A stretch of DNA of 14,542 bases from Elainellaceae cyanobacterium (GTDB lineage: Bacteria > Cyanobacteriota > Cyanobacteriia > CAZCXK01), in contig JBNPEG010000151.1 in assembly GCA_051117555.1 (NCBI GenBank), forward strand, positions 1-14,542. The letters are read 5' to 3'. Positions 1 through 8,260 of the stretch are shown one piece after another (the first letter of the stretch is position 1; every line of letters begins with the position of its first letter). A program made the translations under genes and the position numbers. A model generated the notes under the pieces. That model saw only the letters and a program-made list of their open reading frames with translations. It had not been told where the DNA came from and did no database searches.

Positions 1-18
1 TCCGTAAGAACCGACACG

Positions 19-45
19 GTAGGGGCAAACGCCGTTTGCTCCCAC
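19..45 (+). repeat. GTAG-led REP-like palindrome
   Basis: GTAGGGGCAAACG-C-CGTTTGCTCCCAC: a GTAG tetranucleotide followed by an imperfect GC-rich hairpin. The GGGCAAACG...CGTTT core recurs at 3007-3022. Confidence 0.6.
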
Positions 46-220
46 TCAAAGGCGATCCAAAGGGGCAGATATCAGGGTTAGGAGGGTTGGCTCTGGTCTT
101 AGCCCTGTAGCAAAATAAACCATTTCCTTACTTGCAGAGGATGTCAACGGGCAACCACTCCGCCTAATGATGAGTAAGAGAGATTAAATTCTCAGCACCT
201 TGAAGTCTTGGAGAATGGTT

Positions 221-2674
221 ATGGTAACCCGAGAACTTGATGCGACGCAGCTATATCACCGCTGCAGACCGGAATTATTTGAATTTGAAACGACTCAGGA
301 TGTAGAGCCGTTGGTTCAAATTTTGGGACAACCCAGAGCAGTGGAAGCCGTAGAATTTGGCACATCCATTAATCGTCAAGGGTATAACATCTTTGCCCTC
401 GGTCCCCCTGGAACGGGCAAGCGTAGCCTCATTCGTCAGTATTTGGAGACGCAAGCCTCCCAAAAAGAACCCCCTGATGACTGGTGTTATATCTACAATT
501 TTGACGATCCGTCTAAACCGCGATCGCTACGATTACCGACCGGGCAAGGGTCTGATTTGCGTGACGATATGGATGAGTTTGCCGATGAAATTCCTCATGC
601 CCTCTCCGATCAGTTTGAAAGCGATGACTACCAAAATCGTCGGCAACGCCTCGAACGAGAATATGGCAAGCAGAAAGAGAAGGCCGAGGAGGAAATAAAA
701 AAGCGAGCCCGAGAACGAGGACTCGCCGCCCTGACGACGCCCCAGGGGCTGTTTTGGGTGCCTGCCGATGAAAATGGTGAGCCCCTTCCCCCCGAACGCT
801 CAGATGAAATTTCACCTGAACGCGATCGCCAGTTGAAAGCAGAAGCCGAGGAGTTGAAAAAGGAACTTCCTCAGCTCATTCAAGATGCGTCGCGTATCGA
901 ACGAGAAAAACAGCGCAAGCTCAAAGAATTAAATCAGCAGACGGCCACTGCGGCCATTACCCCGATGATTCAGGGTCTGCGCGATCGCTACGGACATCTA
1001 TCTAAAGTCGAAGCGTATCTGGAAGCTGTCCAGAATGACATCGTTGACAATCATCAAGACTTACTCAAACTGGGTCGCCAGCAGGAACAAGCCCAACCTC
1101 AGCCTCAGCAGCAAATGGCTCAATTGCTGGGTCGCTCAGGTAAAGCGATGCAAGCTCAGTCATCGGTATTGCGCCGCTATCACGTCAATCTATTGGTAGA
1201 ACACGACCCGTCTGAAGGTGCGCCTTTAGTTTATGAAGATAATCCCACCTACCCCAATCTGATGGGTCGCGTTGAGCAACGCGCGCAAATGGGGGCGCTG
1301 TTGACCGACTTTAGCTTGATTAAAGAAGGTGCATTGCATCGGGCCAATGGTGGATATTTGATTCTTGACACCCAGCGGTTGCTGACTCAGCCCGCATCGT
1401 GGGATGCATTAAAACGCGCCCTTCAAAATGAAGAAGTTCGCATCGAGTCATTGGGACAAAACCTTGGGCTGATGAGCACCGTTTCTCTAGAGCCTGAGCC
1501 AATTCCCCTCAATGTCAAAATTGTATTGATGGGTCGTCCGTGGCAGTATCAGATTTTGCGCACCCTTGATCCGGATTTTGCAGAGTTATTCAAGGTGCCC
1601 GCCGACTTTGAGACGGAGGTAGCTCGCGGCGATGAAGAACAGCAGCTCTATGCTCGATTGATTGCGGCGATCGCCCACCAAGAAAATCTAAAGCCGTTTC
1701 ACAGAGACGCCGTTGCTCGCGTTATTGAACATAGTTCTCGGTTGGTAGGTGATTCCAAGAAATTGTCGATTCACATGCGGAGCGTCGCTGATTTGCTGTG
1801 CGAAGCAGACTATTGGCGGCAGAAAAATGGCAATGGAGTTGTTCAAACTGGGGATGTGCAGAAAGCCATTGATTCTAAGATTTATCGGTCTGACCGACTT
1901 CGAGAAAAGATTCAAGAACAAATCGAACGAGGGCTACTTTTAATTGATACGGAGGGCGATCGAGTCGGACAGGTCAACGGTCTAGCCGTGTTTCCGTTTG
2001 GTGACTTTTTCTTTGGCCGTCCGAGTCGCATTACTGCTCGTATTCATTTGGGCAAAGGTGACGTCCTAGATATTGAGCGAGAAGTAGCCCTGGGTGGCCC
2101 CGTTCATTCTAAGGGAGTGCTGATTTTAGCGGGCTTTCTCACCGGACGCTATGCCCAAGATAGGCCCTTTTCCCTTTCTGCCAGCCTAGTGTTTGAACAG
2201 TCCTACAGCGGCATTGGTGGAGATAGCGCATCGTCGGCTGAACTGTATTCATTACTGTCGGCGATCGCCCAGGTGCCTATCAAACAATCCCTTGCAGTAA
2301 CAGGATCAATCAACCAACATGGTCGAATTCAGGCCATTGGTGCAGTGAATGAAAAAATTGAAGGCTTCTTTGATACGTGTCAACAACACAGATTGACAGG
2401 CGATCAAGGGGTTTTAATTCCGGCAGACAATGTCCAAAATTTGATGCTGCGTCAGGACGTACGAGACGCTGTGGAAGCCAACCAGTTTCACATCTATCCA
2501 GTTCAGACTGTTGACGAAGGGATTGAACTATTGACGGGTATTCCTGCGGGTGAAGCGGATAACGAGGGCAACTATCCGGCAGATAGCATAAACGGTCGAA
2601 TCAAATTTCGACTCGACGAGATGGCCCGTCAGCGGATGCAGTATATGCCCATGGGCGATCGCGCGTCCAGCTAG
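221..2674 (+). CDS. Lon-like serine protease, LonC/AAA_32 type (Lon_C protease domain)
   Basis: Long ORF with Walker A GPPGTGKRS, the DDWCYIYNF motif, a long coiled-coil insertion, GALHRANGGYLILD, catalytic Ser in GDSASSAE and catalytic Lys in GAVNEKIEGF. Start placed at ATG 221 (GGAG at 210-213) rather than TTG 200. Confidence 0.9.
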   Translation: MVTRELDATQLYHRCRPELFEFETTQDVEPLVQILGQPRAVEAVEFGTSINRQGYNIFALGPPGTGKRSLIRQYLETQASQKEPPDDWCYIYNFDDPSKPRSLRLPTGQGSDLRDDMDEFADEIPHALSDQFESDDYQNRRQRLEREYGKQKEKAEEEIKKRARERGLAALTTPQGLFWVPADENGEPLPPERSDEISPERDRQLKAEAEELKKELPQLIQDASRIEREKQRKLKELNQQTATAAITPMIQGLRDRYGHLSKVEAYLEAVQNDIVDNHQDLLKLGRQQEQAQPQPQQQMAQLLGRSGKAMQAQSSVLRRYHVNLLVEHDPSEGAPLVYEDNPTYPNLMGRVEQRAQMGALLTDFSLIKEGALHRANGGYLILDTQRLLTQPASWDALKRALQNEEVRIESLGQNLGLMSTVSLEPEPIPLNVKIVLMGRPWQYQILRTLDPDFAELFKVPADFETEVARGDEEQQLYARLIAAIAHQENLKPFHRDAVARVIEHSSRLVGDSKKLSIHMRSVADLLCEADYWRQKNGNGVVQTGDVQKAIDSKIYRSDRLREKIQEQIERGLLLIDTEGDRVGQVNGLAVFPFGDFFFGRPSRITARIHLGKGDVLDIEREVALGGPVHSKGVLILAGFLTGRYAQDRPFSLSASLVFEQSYSGIGGDSASSAELYSLLSAIAQVPIKQSLAVTGSINQHGRIQAIGAVNEKIEGFFDTCQQHRLTGDQGVLIPADNVQNLMLRQDVRDAVEANQFHIYPVQTVDEGIELLTGIPAGEADNEGNYPADSINGRIKFRLDEMARQRMQYMPMGDRASS

Positions 2675-2708
2675 AGCGCCAGCTAGTGGTATACGCTTTG
2701 AGTGAAGC

Positions 2709-2740
2709 ATGGTGGTGTGGGGCACAACTCACATCACCAT
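2709..2740 (+). terminator. Stem-loop downstream of the Lon-like gene (possible terminator or stabiliser)
   Basis: ATGGTGGTGTGGG (2709-2721) pairs with CTCACATCACCAT (2728-2740) as a 13-bp stem with two G.U pairs on the + strand RNA. No clear U-tract follows. Confidence 0.4.
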
Positions 2741-2876
2741 ATAGTCTTACGCTCTCGCGTTAGGACGCTGAACGTGTAGGGTCACCACACAAATCTAGGC
2801 CCGTAGTGACTCGACACTCGACGCGCCGCTCTACGTGCTATGAAGGTCACTTGGCGATCGCTATCAGCACAGTCTA

Positions 2877-2995
2877 CTGGCGTGGCACAGCTCAAATAGT
2901 GCATTAGGTAGGGTGCCGTTAGCGAAGCGTAACGCGCCGATTCCAAGAGTTTCAGCCTTTTAAGAGTTCGCATTATTTTAGGCGTGTCAAACCAG
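2877..2995. mobile_element. MITE-like element (~119 bp) with imperfect terminal inverted repeats, flanked by TA
   Basis: Left end CTGGCGTGGCACAGCTCAAATAGTGC matches the reverse complement of the right end CTGGTTTGACACGCCTAAAATAATGC at 19/26 positions. TA lies at 2875-2876 and 2996-2997. No credible coding capacity. Confidence 0.6.
2908..2938 (+). repeat. GTAG-led REP-like hairpin inside the MITE-like element
   Basis: GTAGGGTGCCGTTAGCGAAGCGTAACGCGCC: GTAG followed by an imperfect hairpin closing on GC-GAA-GC. Confidence 0.55.
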
Positions 2996-3001
2996 TAGTT
3001 G

Positions 3002-3031
3002 GATAAGGGCAAACGACCGTTTACCCTTATC
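3002..3031. repeat. 14-bp inverted repeat (REP-like; possibly a terminator between convergent genes)
   Basis: GATAAGGGCAAACG-AC-CGTTTACCCTTATC has 13/14 complementary positions and lies 46 bp beyond the stop codon of the HD gene. Confidence 0.6.
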
Positions 3032-3077
3032 ACAGGCTCATTGCCGGTGGTAGCGTATTGACACGCGAGTCTTCACC

Positions 3078-3917
3078 TTATGCCGCAATCGAGTCTTCAT
3101 CTATGAAGACATTTCGATAAAGGTTGGCGATCGTTTGCCGACCTTGAGCCGTGACTTCTAGATAAAGTAGACTATCTTGAATATACGGATAAACAACCTT
3201 GCGATAAAACTCGGGATAGCTTGCCCGCATATCTCCTGGATGCCGATATCCTAATTTGCGGCTCGCCCCCGTTTCTTCCATTTCATAAAACAGGGCTGGA
3301 ATTTTCTTAAGATAGTGCGGATCGCTGAGCTGACCAATCAAATCGGCAGCACGCGCTAATCCTGGATAGCTAGTTGTCGTTTGATAGCGTGCCTCTGCTG
3401 GCACTGGAAATCGAGTCAATTCAATCGTTTGCTGAATCGTTTCCAGACAAATATTGGGGCTATCTTTTAGCATCTCACTGACGAAGAGCTTTCCCCGGTC
3501 GACATGATAGGGCGTTAGGCTGGCATCGGTTGTGTTATCAGCCAGCTCGATTAAGGTTTCAGATGCTCCTGTGACGTAGCAGTTTTTACACGTTTGATCG
3601 TGGCTACACGCTCCGCGAACATAGCCAATATCATGGCATAACAGCGCAATGGTAAAGTGTAGCCAATCGTCGCGAGTGACGCTGCCTTCAAGCAATTGCT
3701 TGCCTAGTAAGATTTCTTGCCCGACTGAGATCACAAGAATAGTGTGTTCTAAATTGTGGTAAAGCGCATCACTATTCGCGATAATTGATAAAGTTTTGCC
3801 GACGACGGTGTTAATTAGATCAACATTAGTTGGCTCAAGATCACCGTACATTTGGCGATAGCTGGTCTGAATATAGTCATTGCATCTGCTGATTTTAGCG
3901 AATGTCAGGTCAAGCAT
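3078..3917 (-). CDS. HD-domain metal-dependent phosphohydrolase (Npun_R2479-like family)
   Basis: 279 aa with motifs DALYHNLEHT, ALLCHDIGY, YHVDRG and RAADLIGQLSDP. AGGAGG Shine-Dalgarno lies just upstream on the minus strand (cctcct at 3923-3928). Confidence 0.85.
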   Translation of the reverse strand: MLDLTFAKISRCNDYIQTSYRQMYGDLEPTNVDLINTVVGKTLSIIANSDALYHNLEHTILVISVGQEILLGKQLLEGSVTRDDWLHFTIALLCHDIGYVRGACSHDQTCKNCYVTGASETLIELADNTTDASLTPYHVDRGKLFVSEMLKDSPNICLETIQQTIELTRFPVPAEARYQTTTSYPGLARAADLIGQLSDPHYLKKIPALFYEMEETGASRKLGYRHPGDMRASYPEFYRKVVYPYIQDSLLYLEVTAQGRQTIANLYRNVFIDEDSIAA

Positions 3918-4204
3918 AGATGCCTCCTAGTAAGGGGGATGGATCGGGGGAGAATCAGAATAAACGAGTCAATATCAGGGTAATTGAGTGGCGTCAGGTG
4001 GCGCGCTACAGCGGTATACCTATAAAAGTAGCTCACGCTGCTTTCATAGCTGCCTTCATAGCGATGCGTATCAGTTTGGAGTGAAATCAGTTGTCAAGCT
4101 TGTTTAAAGCTGACGTGCAATTTCCTCTAGATCTATAAAAACTTCATGAAGACTGTCTTCGGTGTCGGGAACGCCTTAGTTATTTTTGAGTTGCTGCCAG
4201 ACTT

Positions 4205-4222
4205 AAACCAGATTTCTGGTTT
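4205..4222. promoter_or_regulatory. Perfect palindrome, candidate operator
   Basis: AAACCAGA-TT-TCTGGTTT about 80 bp upstream of the HTH-AAA_35 start, within the divergent intergenic region. Confidence 0.4.
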
Positions 4223-4301
4223 GTAGCTGACTTTTGTCTGCGTTCTCACCCTTGTTGAATGACAGCCCTAAAATCTATAGTCGTTGCAGTATATCTGAAC
4301 C

Positions 4302-5591
4302 ATGCCGCGATCGCTCAGAGTTCACAAAAGCCATATTGATGATGTTAAGCTCGCCGTTCCGCGCCACGGGTATCCCCGTCAGAAAGATCTCGCAGAAGCT
4401 CTGAATCTTTCTTTGACAACGGTGAGCAACTTCTTAAACGGGAAACCAGTTGATTATCTCAACTTTATAGAAATTTGCGCGCAGCTCGATCTAGAGTGGG
4501 GCGACATTGCATCTTTCCATAATGATGACGACCTTACCCCATTTGTTCCGGATGCTTCAGAATTTCATCCGGATAGTCATGCGTCCTACGAAGAAGACCT
4601 AAATCATCTAATTTACATTGAACGCCCGCCGATCGAACACAGTTGTTCAGAAGCACTCCTCCAAGCGGGGGCGCTAGTGCGAATCAAAGCGCCCAGTTTG
4701 ATGGGAAAGAGCGCTTTATTGGCACACATCCTCCCTCATCTAAAAGATCGTGGATTTCAAGTCGCATCAGTTAATTTCCATCTGGCAGAAGCGACAGATT
4801 TTGATACGCTTGATGCATTTTTGCGGTGGTTTTGCATCACCGTTGGACAACGCCTGAGGCAGCCAAACCGGCTCGCAGACGTGTGGGACGAACGTTTCTC
4901 AACTGCTAAGACCAACTGCACCCAATACTTCGAAGAATACTTGCTGCCAACGGTTGGTAGCCCCGTTGTGCTGTGTTTAGATGCGGTCGATCGCATCTTT
5001 CCCTATCCCAAAGTCGCTGCTGAGTTTTTGGGCTTGCTGAGAGCTTGGCATGAACAGGCCAAGATTAGCCCTATTTGGCGGCACTTGCGGCTTGTGGTGA
5101 TGCATTCAACTGAAATTTATCTTCAGCTCAATATCAATGAGTCTCCGTTCAACGTCGGCTTGGCGATTGAACTACCCGAATTTACCCTTGAACAAGTCAA
5201 TGAACTCGCTGACCGACATGAGCTAACCTTAAACACCTCTCAGATTCAACAACTATTTGACTTGGTGGGCGGGCATCCGTACCTGGTGCAGCAAGCTTTT
5301 TCCTATCTCAAAGACCGGGGCGAAGACTCCTACGATGCGCTGCTGCAAACTGCGGCAACAGAAGCCGGAATTTATCGAGATCACCTGCGCAAGCATTGGT
5401 CAGTGTTTCGCAAGCATCCTGAACGAATTGAAACCTTAAAGATGTTAGTTCATTCTGATGGTCCTATTCGCCTAAAGCCCAGCCAAACCTATCAGCTCTA
5501 CAGTCGAGGACTTGTTCGATTGCGGGGTAATGACGTGATGATTCGGTGTCATCTCTATCGAGAATACTTCGCTGACCAACTGACTGCCTAA
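4302..5591 (+). CDS. XRE-like HTH + AAA_35 (AAA-like P-loop) domain protein
   Basis: N-terminal QKDLAEALNLSLTTVSNFLNGKPV (XRE/Cro HTH). Typical cyanobacterial AAA_35 motifs follow: YIERPPIE, IKAPSLMGKS (Walker A), VLCLDAVDRIF (Walker B-like), SPFNVG and LVGGHPYLV. Confidence 0.85.
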   Translation: MPRSLRVHKSHIDDVKLAVPRHGYPRQKDLAEALNLSLTTVSNFLNGKPVDYLNFIEICAQLDLEWGDIASFHNDDDLTPFVPDASEFHPDSHASYEEDLNHLIYIERPPIEHSCSEALLQAGALVRIKAPSLMGKSALLAHILPHLKDRGFQVASVNFHLAEATDFDTLDAFLRWFCITVGQRLRQPNRLADVWDERFSTAKTNCTQYFEEYLLPTVGSPVVLCLDAVDRIFPYPKVAAEFLGLLRAWHEQAKISPIWRHLRLVVMHSTEIYLQLNINESPFNVGLAIELPEFTLEQVNELADRHELTLNTSQIQQLFDLVGGHPYLVQQAFSYLKDRGEDSYDALLQTAATEAGIYRDHLRKHWSVFRKHPERIETLKMLVHSDGPIRLKPSQTYQLYSRGLVRLRGNDVMIRCHLYREYFADQLTA

Positions 5592-5647
5592 GCCAGTATT
5601 TGAAGGCGCGGCGACGTGGCTAAATTTGCAGATGATGAGACAAAGAA

Positions 5648-8260
5648 ATGACTTACAACTATCAGGTGGGTGGAAGTCTACCCGTGGACGCTCCTAGCTA
5701 TGTTGAACGACAAGCCGATAAAGATCTCTTTGAAGGCTTGAAGGCGAGAGAGTTTTGCCATGTGCTGAATTCTCGGCAAATGGGGAAATCAAGTCTGCGT
5801 GTGCGTACGATGCAGCGGTTAGAGGCGGATGGAATTGCTTGTGCAGCCGTTGATGTTACGGTGATCGGGACTCAATATGTCACCGCAGAGCAATGGTATG
5901 GCAGCTTCATTCGGCGCTTGAATAATAGCTTCCCGTCACTGCCAACCTTGCATCTCAAATCGTGGTGGGGCGATCGCGAACATCTTACCCCTCAGCAGTG
6001 TTTATGGGAATTTATCGAAGGGGTTTTGCTGAAAGAACTCCCTCAAAATATCGTTATCTTTATTGATGAAATTGATAATATTTCGAGTCTAGAATTCAAA
6101 GACGATTTTTTCGCCTTTGTGCGATCGTGCTACAACCAACGGGCTGAAAATCCTGCTTTTAAGCGGCTGACGTTTGGTCTGTTGGGTCTGGCAACCCCGT
6201 CTGAGCTGATTGAAGATCGAAATCGAACGCCGTTTAATATCGGTCGGGCGATCGCCCTCAATGGGTTTCAGCTCCACGAAGCCCAGAAACTCGCTCAAGG
6301 GCTGGTGGGTCAGGCAGATGCCCCCATAGCGATGTTGAGAGAAATACTGGCATGGACGGGGGGACAACCCTTCCTTACGCAGAAACTTTGCAAACTAGTC
6401 AATACCAGTCAATCCAATGTGCCCGACGGAGATGAACGGACCTGGGTGAAACAGCTTGTGCAGTCTAAGATCATTCAAAATTGGGAAGCCCATGATGAAC
6501 CCGAACACCTGAAAACCATTCGCGATCGCATTCTGAGCAATGAATCTCAAACCGGGCGCATCCTTGGGCTTTACCAAAAAATTCTTAACCACGGTGAAGT
6601 AGCAGCGGAGCAAAGTCCAGAACAAATGCAGCTCCAACGATCAGGTTTGATTGTCAAGCGACACGATAAACTCAGAATTTATAACCAGATCTATCAGTCG
6701 GTATTCGATCGCGCGTGGATTAACCAAGAGCTAGCAAATCTGCGTCCCTATCATGACGAACTTCGGGCATGGGAAGCTTCAAACTGCCAAGATACGGAGT
6801 GCCTATTAAAAGGTCCAGGATTACAGGAGGCTCTGGGATGGGCAGTTGATAAAAGTCTAAGCCACATAGACTATCAGTTTCTCACAACGAGTCAAGAATT
6901 TGAAAAGGGCAACGTACAGCGCAAGTTTGAAGAGCTCCAAAAAGCCTTAGAAGAAACTCGCTATTTGAAGGCTCGATCAGGTGAAGGTCAAAATCTAGAT
7001 CTGCAAACCATTCATCAGCTTTTTAACTACCTTACACCCGATAGTTTTCGTGATCTTGTTCCTAGTCTGGAACAGGACTTTAGTCTTGTCACTCAAACAC
7101 TGTCGATGATTGATCAAATGCTTGACAGTCAAGAGTTTGATTTCATTTTCAACGACATGCTGAAATCTATCACCCTAAAAACAGGCGAGATTTTGAATGC
7201 TGACCGAACTACTATTTTTCTACTTGACTCTGATATTCATGAGCTTTGGTCAGTTGTTGCAAAAGGGAATAATGGAGGCTGGGAGGAAATTCGTATCTCT
7301 GTAGATGAAGGAATTGCGGGTCATGTTGCAAAGACACAAAAAGTCGTTAATATTCCTTTTGATTTTTATGATGACCCTCGCTCAATCAAAGCAAAAGAGC
7401 TCGAACAGGTAACAGGCTACCGAACTTATACGATGCTTGCACTCCCACTCTTAGATGAGCAGGATAATCTAGTTGCCGTTGTTCAATTATTGAATAAATT
7501 ACAGCAAAATGCTGATTCTACGTTTCCTCTAGCTAGCCGCGTTGATCGAAAGGGATTTAATGATGCTGATGCTGTTATTTTTTCAGAAATAGCTCCTTCT
7601 ATCCAACTAGTGCTGAAGTCATCTCAACTTTTTTATAAGGCTGCACAAAAGCAACGAGCTGCAAAAGCGCTAATGGCATCTATTCAATCATTAGGTCGCA
7701 GCAGTCTAGATTGCGAAAACACCCTTGATGAAGTCATTACTACAGTAATTAGCGAAGCTCGAAAACTAATGAATGCTGATCGAAGTACGTTGTGGCTAAT
7801 TGACCGTGAACGACATGAGCTGTGGACTCGCATATCTGATGTGTATGGCACGATGTTAGAGAGGCGAATTCCATTAAGTGCGGGGTTTGTGGGTCAAGTT
7901 GCGACGACAGGCAAAGCGCTAAATATTTCATTTGATTTGTATGATCATCCCCATTCAGAAACAGCAAAGGAAATGGATCGAAAAACGGGCTATCGCACGT
8001 GTAGTTTGCTCTGCATGCCAGTTCTCAATCATGTGAAGGAAGTCATTGCAGTCACACAACTGGTCAATAAGAAACGACCAGGCATCTTCCCATCCTATCG
8101 TCCCAACGATTGGCCGATGGTGCCCGACTGCTGGAAGGCGAGCTTTGATTCGACCGACCAAGAATTCATGGAAGCCTTTAATGTGCAGGCCGGTATTGCC
8201 CTTCAAAATGCGTGGATGTTTGATAAGACTAGAGGCTATGCCCTTGGGATTTTCATCTAG
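5648..8260 (+). CDS. AAA_35 P-loop NTPase fused to tandem CyaB2-type GAF-GAF domains
   Basis: N-terminal [40 protein letters not shown] and [14 protein letters not shown]-terminal GAF-A ([30 protein letters not shown]...F..AD) and GAF-B ([25 protein letters not shown]...FD..DQEF). Confidence 0.88.
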   Translation: MTYNYQVGGSLPVDAPSYVERQADKDLFEGLKAREFCHVLNSRQMGKSSLRVRTMQRLEADGIACAAVDVTVIGTQYVTAEQWYGSFIRRLNNSFPSLPTLHLKSWWGDREHLTPQQCLWEFIEGVLLKELPQNIVIFIDEIDNISSLEFKDDFFAFVRSCYNQRAENPAFKRLTFGLLGLATPSELIEDRNRTPFNIGRAIALNGFQLHEAQKLAQGLVGQADAPIAMLREILAWTGGQPFLTQKLCKLVNTSQSNVPDGDERTWVKQLVQSKIIQNWEAHDEPEHLKTIRDRILSNESQTGRILGLYQKILNHGEVAAEQSPEQMQLQRSGLIVKRHDKLRIYNQIYQSVFDRAWINQELANLRPYHDELRAWEASNCQDTECLLKGPGLQEALGWAVDKSLSHIDYQFLTTSQEFEKGNVQRKFEELQKALEETRYLKARSGEGQNLDLQTIHQLFNYLTPDSFRDLVPSLEQDFSLVTQTLSMIDQMLDSQEFDFIFNDMLKSITLKTGEILNADRTTIFLLDSDIHELWSVVAKGNNGGWEEIRISVDEGIAGHVAKTQKVVNIPFDFYDDPRSIKAKELEQVTGYRTYTMLALPLLDEQDNLVAVVQLLNKLQQNADSTFPLASRVDRKGFNDADAVIFSEIAPSIQLVLKSSQLFYKAAQKQRAAKALMASIQSLGRSSLDCENTLDEVITTVISEARKLMNADRSTLWLIDRERHELWTRISDVYGTMLERRIPLSAGFVGQVATTGKALNISFDLYDHPHSETAKEMDRKTGYRTCSLLCMPVLNHVKEVIAVTQLVNKKRPGIFPSYRPNDWPMVPDCWKASFDSTDQEFMEAFNVQAGIALQNAWMFDKTRGYALGIFI

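Noticed and set aside
191..220. CIRCE-like half site (TCAGCACCT) before the protease gene
   Set aside because: Poor match, and no GAGTGCTAA second half at the 9-nt spacing.
275..1943. Short alternative-frame ORFs inside the protease gene
   Set aside because: All are nested in a strongly supported long CDS and have no independent coding signal.
2782..3033. 83-aa minus-strand ORF
   Set aside because: It runs through the MITE-like element and hairpins and shows no protein-like features.
4302..8260. Calling the AAA_35 pair a known anti-phage (Avs-type) system
   Set aside because: No nuclease, TIR, SIR2, protease or TPR sensor domain is seen and the neighbours are not defence genes. A defence role cannot be excluded but is unsupported.
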